A stretch of DNA of 24,000 bases from an uncultured archaeon (GTDB taxonomy: Archaea; Asgardarchaeota; Lokiarchaeia; Sigyniarchaeales; SOKP01), in contig CAZOYD010000023.1 in NCBI GenBank assembly GCA_964583985.1, positions 18,887 through 42,886 on the forward strand, given 5' to 3'. The notes under the pieces are model-generated. The model saw nothing but the letters and a program-made list of their open reading frames with translations. It searched no databases and was not told the origin of the DNA. The number at the start of each line of letters is the position of its first letter. Position 1 is the first letter of the stretch. The translations under genes and the position numbers were made by a program. This document shows positions 18,476-24,000 of the stretch, piece after piece.

Positions 18476-18868
18476 GTGAATAATAATAAAATGGTCGATT
18501 TAGAACACATAAATCCCGGTACCCCTGTTGCTGGACCATATAGTCCAGGAGTAAAAGTTGGAAATCTTTTATTCATATCAGGACAAGGTCCTAAACAAGG
18601 TGCTACAGAGATTAAAGAACAAACTTATAGTGTTTTAGAAAATATTAAAGCTATTGTTGAAGCAGCAGGAGGAAAAGTGGCAAACCTCGTACATATAAAG
18701 GTTTATTTGAGAGATATGAACGATTTTGGTAAAATGAATAGAACTTATAAGAAATTTTTCGAAGATAATGGCATAACTGATAATTTTCCTTCAAGATCTA
18801 CACTTGAAGTATCTGGTTTACCCGTAGCTTCAATGTTATTAGAGTTAGATGCCATAGCTTCAATATAA
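18476..18868 (+). CDS. RidA/YjgF-family enamine/imine deaminase
   Basis: PVAGPYSPGVKVGNLLFISGQGPKQG...VLENIKAIVEAAGG...VHIKVYLRDMNDF...FPSRSTLEVSGLPVASMLLELDAIA. The start may be ATG at 18491. Confidence 0.93.
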   Translation: MNNNKMVDLEHINPGTPVAGPYSPGVKVGNLLFISGQGPKQGATEIKEQTYSVLENIKAIVEAAGGKVANLVHIKVYLRDMNDFGKMNRTYKKFFEDNGITDNFPSRSTLEVSGLPVASMLLELDAIASI

Positions 18869-18915
18869 TTCTTTTTTTATTTTAATATAGCATTGAAGAT
18901 AAAAATTAGTATGGA

Positions 18916-19698
18916 TTAAAGTTTCATTTGTAATAGGTTCTGTAACCTTCTCTCTAAAGAAGGATGACGAGAGAAAAACGTATATCTAAATTTATTTTGC
19001 CTTTTTGTCGAATTATTTAAAATCCAGAAACTTTTCGAAACATCAATTACTTTAAACTTCGATTCAGAATGCTCCATAAAACATTTAACCATCTTTACTA
19101 AAGCTGATGCTAAAGAGAGAGGATCTTTCGTATACTGAACACTTTTAAGATCGGCTTGAATTTCTCTCGTACGAGAAAAATAGGAATCTAACAATACACC
19201 AAAAGGAATCCATAGGTATCGGCTTATTATACATGAAGCTTTAATCCAAATATCTTTATTATAAATATGAAAAAGTTCATGAAAAAGAACAGCAATAACT
19301 TCTTTCTTTTCTAAATTCTCAAATAAGCCAACTGATAAAACGATAGTATATTTCTTTGGATGATTGAATAAAGTAAACGCATTAGGCAACCCATCATCAA
19401 GCACTCCAATTTCTACTCTTTTTTTTATCTTTAAAGCTTTATTCCATTCTAAAATATAATCATAAAGTTCGGGACATAAATCATAAGTAAGAATGGTAAT
19501 TCCATTTCTTCTAATTATTGATTTGCCACCAATTATATACCAGAGAATACCAAGAAGGAAGAGAGTTATATAAAAGACAATCATAAAAAAAGCAACTTCA
19601 ATTTCAGAAAAAATAATTGGAAATATAATTGTAATTAGAACATATGTAATAGTAATTAAGTATAATAATAAATGTCTACTCTTCATCAGTTTTACCAT
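18916..19698 (-). CDS. M48/M56 (BlaR1-like) integral membrane metallopeptidase
   Basis: 260 aa, TM helices plus VIAVLFHELFHIYNKDIW (HExxH) and 'SREIQADL'-like second motif (SRTREIQADLKSV); overlaps the BlaI-like gene. Confidence 0.85.
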   Translation of the reverse strand: MVKLMKSRHLLLYLITITYVLITIIFPIIFSEIEVAFFMIVFYITLFLLGILWYIIGGKSIIRRNGITILTYDLCPELYDYILEWNKALKIKKRVEIGVLDDGLPNAFTLFNHPKKYTIVLSVGLFENLEKKEVIAVLFHELFHIYNKDIWIKASCIISRYLWIPFGVLLDSYFSRTREIQADLKSVQYTKDPLSLASALVKMVKCFMEHSESKFKVIDVSKSFWILNNSTKRQNKFRYTFFSRHPSLERRLQNLLQMKL

Positions 19699-20095
19699 TC
19701 TTAGATTGCTTTATTTGTTTCAATTCTTCTAACAAATTATTTAATTCTTCCTTATTATAGTTTTTAGAGATTTCTTGAATTATTTTCATTGAAGCTTTAT
19801 TCCCATAAGATTTTACAATTTGACTCGCTAAGTTTTCTGAAACTTTCTTTTCAAAACGACTTTTTATCTCTTTTACCTTATAAATATAAAATAAACCACC
19901 CTTACCCTTATTAACTTCCCGAGATAAAAAACCCTTATTGAATAATCGATTCAATGTCGTGCTAATAGTAGTTAGAGCAATTTCTCTCTCTTTATTAAGA
20001 GTTTCATATATTTTTCTTACTGTTGATGACTTATTTGACCACATAATTTGCATAATTGCAAGTTCTAATGGTCCTAGTTCAGATTTTACTGCCAT
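19676..20095 (-). CDS. BlaI/MecI/CopY-family transcriptional regulator
   Basis: 139 aa: LGPLELAIMQIMWSNKSSTVRKIYETLNKEREIALTTISTTLNRLFNKGFLSREVNKGKGGLFYIYKV. Confidence 0.92.
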   Translation of the reverse strand: MAVKSELGPLELAIMQIMWSNKSSTVRKIYETLNKEREIALTTISTTLNRLFNKGFLSREVNKGKGGLFYIYKVKEIKSRFEKKVSENLASQIVKSYGNKASMKIIQEISKNYNKEELNNLLEELKQIKQSKNGKTDEE

Positions 20096-20153
20096 ATATT
20101 AATCCTCATTTGATCAAAAAATGTGTCTTTTCTATTTCTTTTTGTTGTTCTAT

Positions 20154-20217
20154 TGTAATAAATGTTTCTATTGCAGTAGTAACTTTTATAAAGAGATAAA
20201 GATATTACACTATTACA
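20154..20217. promoter_or_regulatory. Divergent promoter region with candidate BlaI-like operator half-sites and TATA box
   Basis: TGTAATA (20154-20160), TATTACA (20203-20209) and TATTACA (20211-20217); TTTTATAAA TATA-like box at about 20184-20191. Confidence 0.4.
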
Positions 20218-20262
20218 GTCGAAGTATCGATTTAATAAATAGTTAAATTAAAAGGTGAAAAA

Positions 20263-20496
20263 ATTATTTCTTTACCAATTGAAATAATAATACCTTTACT
20301 TCCATTATTAATTGCACAAATATTTTTTGTTATATTATGTATTATAAGTGTAGTAAATAATAAAGAAAAATCCAGGAATTATAAAATCGTTTGGCCCGAA
20401 ATTATTGCCTATATTTCATTTATTAACCCAATGCTTTACTACTTCTTAGGATGGGAAAAAATAGAGTTAAATAATATATTTATAAAAAGTGATTGA
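20263..20496 (+). CDS. Small PLDc_N-like membrane protein, likely non-AUG (ATT) start
   Basis: Manual translation: IISLPIEIIIPLLPLLIAQIFFVILCIISVVNNKEKSRNYKIVWPEIIAYISFINPMLYYFLGWEKIELNNIFIKSD*. RBS-like GGTGA 5-8 nt upstream; stop overlaps the ABC ATPase start region. Not in the ORF track. Confidence 0.5.
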   Translation: MISLPIEIIIPLLPLLIAQIFFVILCIISVVNNKEKSRNYKIVWPEIIAYISFINPMLYYFLGWEKIELNNIFIKSD

Positions 20497-21457
20497 AATG
20501 AATTCAAACAAGACAAATGAATTAATCGAGTTTCAAAATGTATCTAAGAACTATAAGAATCTATTAGCACTTGATAAAATTTCATTCATAATAAACAAGG
20601 GAGATGTTTTTGGATATATAGGACCAAATGGAGCTGGTAAAACTACTACAATAAAGATTATTGTAGGATTAATTAGAGATTATAGTGGTATAGTTTACTT
20701 TAATGGGAAGGATATATCCAAAAATCATTATCTAATCCATAAATTTATAGGTTATCATCCGCAAGATGCGGGATTTCAAGATTGGAGGACTGTAAACCAT
20801 GTTATGTATACATTCGGGTTATTATCTGGTCTAAAGGGTAATGTTTTGGAGGATAAAATCCAAAAGACTTTAGATTTTGTTAATCTATTAGATGAGAGGA
20901 ACAAAAAAGTAAAATATTTGTCAGGAGGAACGCTTCAAAAATTAAGGTTAGCCCAAGCTCTTATCAATGAACCTGAGATTTTAATACTTGATGAGCCATT
21001 ATCCGGTTTAGATCCGTCTAGCAGGTATCAGATTAAGAATCTAATAAAATTATTAAGCAAGCAGGGAAAAACTATCTTATTTTCTTCTCATATCCTCTCA
21101 GATGTTCAAGATGTAGCCAATAAAGTTGGAATATTGAATCGAGGAAAAATATTACGTATAGGAACACCTGAAGAACTGCAAAATGAATTCAATATTGGAA
21201 ATGAAATTGAAATTGAATATGCTAATGATAATGAAATATTTCTGAACATAGATTCACTCGCATGCATTCAAACTATTGATAAATTAGCATCTTATAAACA
21301 AGTTTTACATTTAAAACCAGAGTTCAATTTAGATAGTGCAATTAATCAAATTTTAAGTTTTTTAATCCATAATAAATCCAAAATTCGAAATTTCAGGACT
21401 ATTAAACCAAGCTTAGAAGATGTATATTTAAAATATGTAAAAGGTGATAATCAATGA
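20489..21457 (+). CDS. ABC transporter ATP-binding protein
   Basis: Walker A GYIGPNGAGKTTT, Q-loop HPQD, signature LSGGTLQKLRLAQAL, Walker B ILILDEPLSGLDP. The start may be ATG at 20498. Confidence 0.96.
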   Translation: MIEMNSNKTNELIEFQNVSKNYKNLLALDKISFIINKGDVFGYIGPNGAGKTTTIKIIVGLIRDYSGIVYFNGKDISKNHYLIHKFIGYHPQDAGFQDWRTVNHVMYTFGLLSGLKGNVLEDKIQKTLDFVNLLDERNKKVKYLSGGTLQKLRLAQALINEPEILILDEPLSGLDPSSRYQIKNLIKLLSKQGKTILFSSHILSDVQDVANKVGILNRGKILRIGTPEELQNEFNIGNEIEIEYANDNEIFLNIDSLACIQTIDKLASYKQVLHLKPEFNLDSAINQILSFLIHNKSKIRNFRTIKPSLEDVYLKYVKGDNQ

Positions 21458-22116
21458 ATTTAAGAATCTTATTTGTTGATGAGTTAAAGGGTTTTTATAA
21501 GTCAAAAGTAATGTTGATATTATGGTTTGGAATGCCTTTCTTAACATTATTAATGCATTTCTTAAATCCAGATTTAGGAGAACTGCCTGTCTCAATTTTA
21601 GTAGCACTCCTAATTTCTAGTATAGGTGGAACCCTTTCAGCCGCCCTTCTTAGCACTTCAATAGCAAATGAAAAATCGCATCATGTTTATGATTTATTCT
21701 TAGTAAAACCAGTTTCAAGATATTCGATTCTGCTCGCAAAATATTTTGCAGTATACTTATGTTTGATTATTGCTACAGGAATATCACTTATAACAGGATT
21801 AATCATTGATACATGTACCTCTGGCAGTTTACCCGAGTATATAATACAAAATACTTTAGATTCTCTTTCCGTTAGTTTAGCGGCTATGTCAATTTCTTGT
21901 TCTATAGGAATATTTTTTGGAATCTTAGTATCGTCTGTTCCAGTAGCAGTTATTTTATCAGTATATATTGGCAATCAGGTATCTGCAGTTTCAATATTAA
22001 CAACTACTTTCATCGACTTTATTAATCCTTCTATGTTTTCAATAATTATAGGGGTCATTACTACAGTGCTATTTATTGGAATATCAATAATCGTTTTCAA
22101 TCGAAAACAATTTTAA
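21454..22116 (+). CDS. ABC-2 type transporter permease
   Basis: 220-aa membrane protein overlapping the ATPase stop by 4 nt; ANEKSHHVYDLFLVKPVSRYSILLAKY is typical of ABC-2 permeases. Confidence 0.87.
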   Translation: MNLRILFVDELKGFYKSKVMLILWFGMPFLTLLMHFLNPDLGELPVSILVALLISSIGGTLSAALLSTSIANEKSHHVYDLFLVKPVSRYSILLAKYFAVYLCLIIATGISLITGLIIDTCTSGSLPEYIIQNTLDSLSVSLAAMSISCSIGIFFGILVSSVPVAVILSVYIGNQVSAVSILTTTFIDFINPSMFSIIIGVITTVLFIGISIIVFNRKQF

Positions 22117-22319
22117 CTTTTGAAAAAATTAGTTTTTTTTATCAAAATAAAATTGATATAAATCCTCTTTATTTTAGGATAAACAAACACAAGATTTACT
22201 TTAGAATATCTATTTACAGAAAGCTTTAAACTATTTTAAAGTATATGAAGAAGTACTTAAATCAGTACCTAAATATTTATTTAATAATAAAAAAAATTTA
22301 AAAAAAGGGATTAAAAATC

Positions 22320-24000
22320 ATGTCAAATGGATATATGGGAAAAATTTTATGGATAGATCTTTCGACTGAGAAACTTGAGGAAGAAGAGTTATCTGAAGAA
22401 ATTTACCGTGATTATTTAGGGGGATATGGTCTAGCTGCTAAGTTAATTTATGAAAATATGCTCGCTAAAACAGAACCAATGAGTCCAGATGCCATATTTG
22501 GTTTTTTTCCAGGATTATTAACTGGTACAGTAGCACCTTTATCAGGTCGTTTTATGGTAGCGGGCAAATCTCCACTTACTAAAACATGGGGCGACTCAAA
22601 CTGCGGAGGATATTTTGGTCCAGAGATTAAGAAGTGTGGATTTGATGCAATACTAATTAAGGGAATGGCAAATAACCCAAAATACGTGACAATTATAGGA
22701 GAAGAGAAGCAAATAATAGATGCTTCAGATTTATGGGGTTTGGATGTTGTTCAAACAGAAAATTTGCTGAAAGATAAGTATGGAAACGTTCAAATTGCTA
22801 GCATTGGTCAAGCTGGCGAAAATTTGAGTTTAATTTCCGGAATTGTTAATGATAAAGCAAGAATTGCAGGAAGATCTGGTTTTGGAGCTGTGATGGGGTC
22901 CAAAAAGCTCAAAGCAATTGTTCTCAAAGGAGCAAAAAAGATTGAGGTTGCTAATAAGGATGCTCTCACCCAACATACAAAAGATTATAATGAAGGCATT
23001 AACAATGCTACCGCAGGTGGAATTGAGGGTTATAGAACATTAGGGACTACTATGGGAAATGAAATATTATTTCAAATAGGAGATACTCCCTGCAAGAATT
23101 GGGGGGGAACAAAAGAAGATTTTCCCCCAGAGAGGTTATCAAAAATATCAGGTGTTGAAATAGATAAATATAAACAAAAAGCATATGGATGTTTCGCATG
23201 TCCCGTTCGTTGCGGTGCAATTATGAAAGTCCCGGAAGTGAATTTAGAAGAAACTCATAGACCAGAGTATGAAACTTGTGCTAGTTTTGGACATCTATTA
23301 CTTAACGACGATCTTATGTCAATATTTAAAGCGAATGATTTGTGCAATCGCGCTGGAATTGATACAATTTCAGCTGGAGCAACAATTGCGTTTGCAATCG
23401 AATGTTACGAAAATAATTTAATTTCTAAGGATGATGTTGATGGATTGGAATTAACATGGGGAAATTCAGAGTCTATAATTGAATTATTAAATAAAATGAT
23501 AAATCGGGAAGGGTTTGGTGATTTACTAGCAGACGGTTCTAAAATTGCAGCAGAAAAATTAGGGAGAGGATCGGAATATGCCATGCACTCAATGGGTCAA
23601 GAATTAGGCATGCATTCGCCAAAATATTATAAAAATATGGGTACCACATTTGCATTTGATCCAACACCCGGTAGGCATACTACAGCAAGCTTGGATTTTT
23701 TTGTTATGGGCCCGATAATTAAACCAAATGGATTGTTTGAAGGAATTATATTACCAAAAAAATTTAAACGCCCAGGGGAGGATAGGAGTGATGCTGAAAA
23801 ACTATTTACTGAGATAATGCAATTTACTAATAGTCTTGGACTATGTGAATTTGCTTATGTTTTTCAGAAATACCCCCTATTAGAATTAGTTAAAGCAGTT
23901 GTAGGATGGGACTTAGATATCGCTGAAGCGATTAAAATTGGTCAAAGAATTCAAACTTTGAGGCAAGCATTCACACTACGAGAAGGTATAGAGATTATTA
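22320..24000 (+). CDS. Aldehyde ferredoxin oxidoreductase family protein (tungsten/molybdopterin), truncated by window edge
   Basis: Manual translation from ATG at 22320: MSNGYMGKILWIDLSTEKLEEEELSEEIYRDYLGGYGLAAKLIYEN...GFFPGLLTGTVAPLSGRFMVAGKSPLTKTWGDSNCGGYFGPEIKKCGFDAILIKG...YGCFACPVRCGA..., open to the window end. Confidence 0.94.
   Translation, partial: MSNGYMGKILWIDLSTEKLEEEELSEEIYRDYLGGYGLAAKLIYENMLAKTEPMSPDAIFGFFPGLLTGTVAPLSGRFMVAGKSPLTKTWGDSNCGGYFGPEIKKCGFDAILIKGMANNPKYVTIIGEEKQIIDASDLWGLDVVQTENLLKDKYGNVQIASIGQAGENLSLISGIVNDKARIAGRSGFGAVMGSKKLKAIVLKGAKKIEVANKDALTQHTKDYNEGINNATAGGIEGYRTLGTTMGNEILFQIGDTPCKNWGGTKEDFPPERLSKISGVEIDKYKQKAYGCFACPVRCGAIMKVPEVNLEETHRPEYETCASFGHLLLNDDLMSIFKANDLCNRAGIDTISAGATIAFAIECYENNLISKDDVDGLELTWGNSESIIELLNKMINREGFGDLLADGSKIAAEKLGRGSEYAMHSMGQELGMHSPKYYKNMGTTFAFDPTPGRHTTASLDFFVMGPIIKPNGLFEGIILPKKFKRPGEDRSDAEKLFTEIMQFTNSLGLCEFAYVFQKYPLLELVKAVVGWDLDIAEAIKIGQRIQTLRQAFTLREGIEII

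Noticed and set aside
1-24000. CRISPR arrays, tRNA/rRNA genes, transposons or prophage
   Set aside because: No regular direct repeats, tRNA TPsiC-like motifs, rRNA signatures, transposase/integrase proteins or phage proteins were recognised by reading; small RNA genes cannot be excluded without tRNAscan-SE/Infernal.

Overview
AT-rich 24 kb window from an archaeal, probably Asgard/Lokiarchaeia-like, genome (lineage is inferred from gene content only). Two findings stand out. (1) A minus-strand hdrA-mvhD operon (about 1901-4348) is split in the ORF track only by in-frame TGA codons. All four TGAs fall where the HdrA and MvhD families have conserved metal/redox Cys residues, so both genes read as selenoproteins with two Sec each. 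A SECIS-like hairpin starts about 8 nt after the mvhD stop. (2) A minus-strand gene (11807-12907) encodes a fused HgcA-HgcB-like protein: corrinoid cap-helix motif 'GINVWCGACG', a hydrophobic membrane region, then a C-terminal 2x[4Fe-4S] ferredoxin. It lies directly downstream of a SAM-dependent methyltransferase. Other content: pyrF (OMP decarboxylase), a large metallophosphoesterase, a frameshifted DtxR-like regulator beside a thioredoxin-like protein, an SPFH/slipin protein, a LuxE/ANL-like adenylation protein, hisS, a D-threonine-aldolase-like PLP enzyme with RidA, a BlaI/M48-M56-like pair divergent from an ABC-2 exporter operon with a likely non-AUG-start PLDc_N-like small membrane ORF, and the start of an aldehyde ferredoxin oxidoreductase. 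No CRISPR array, rRNA or tRNA was recognised.
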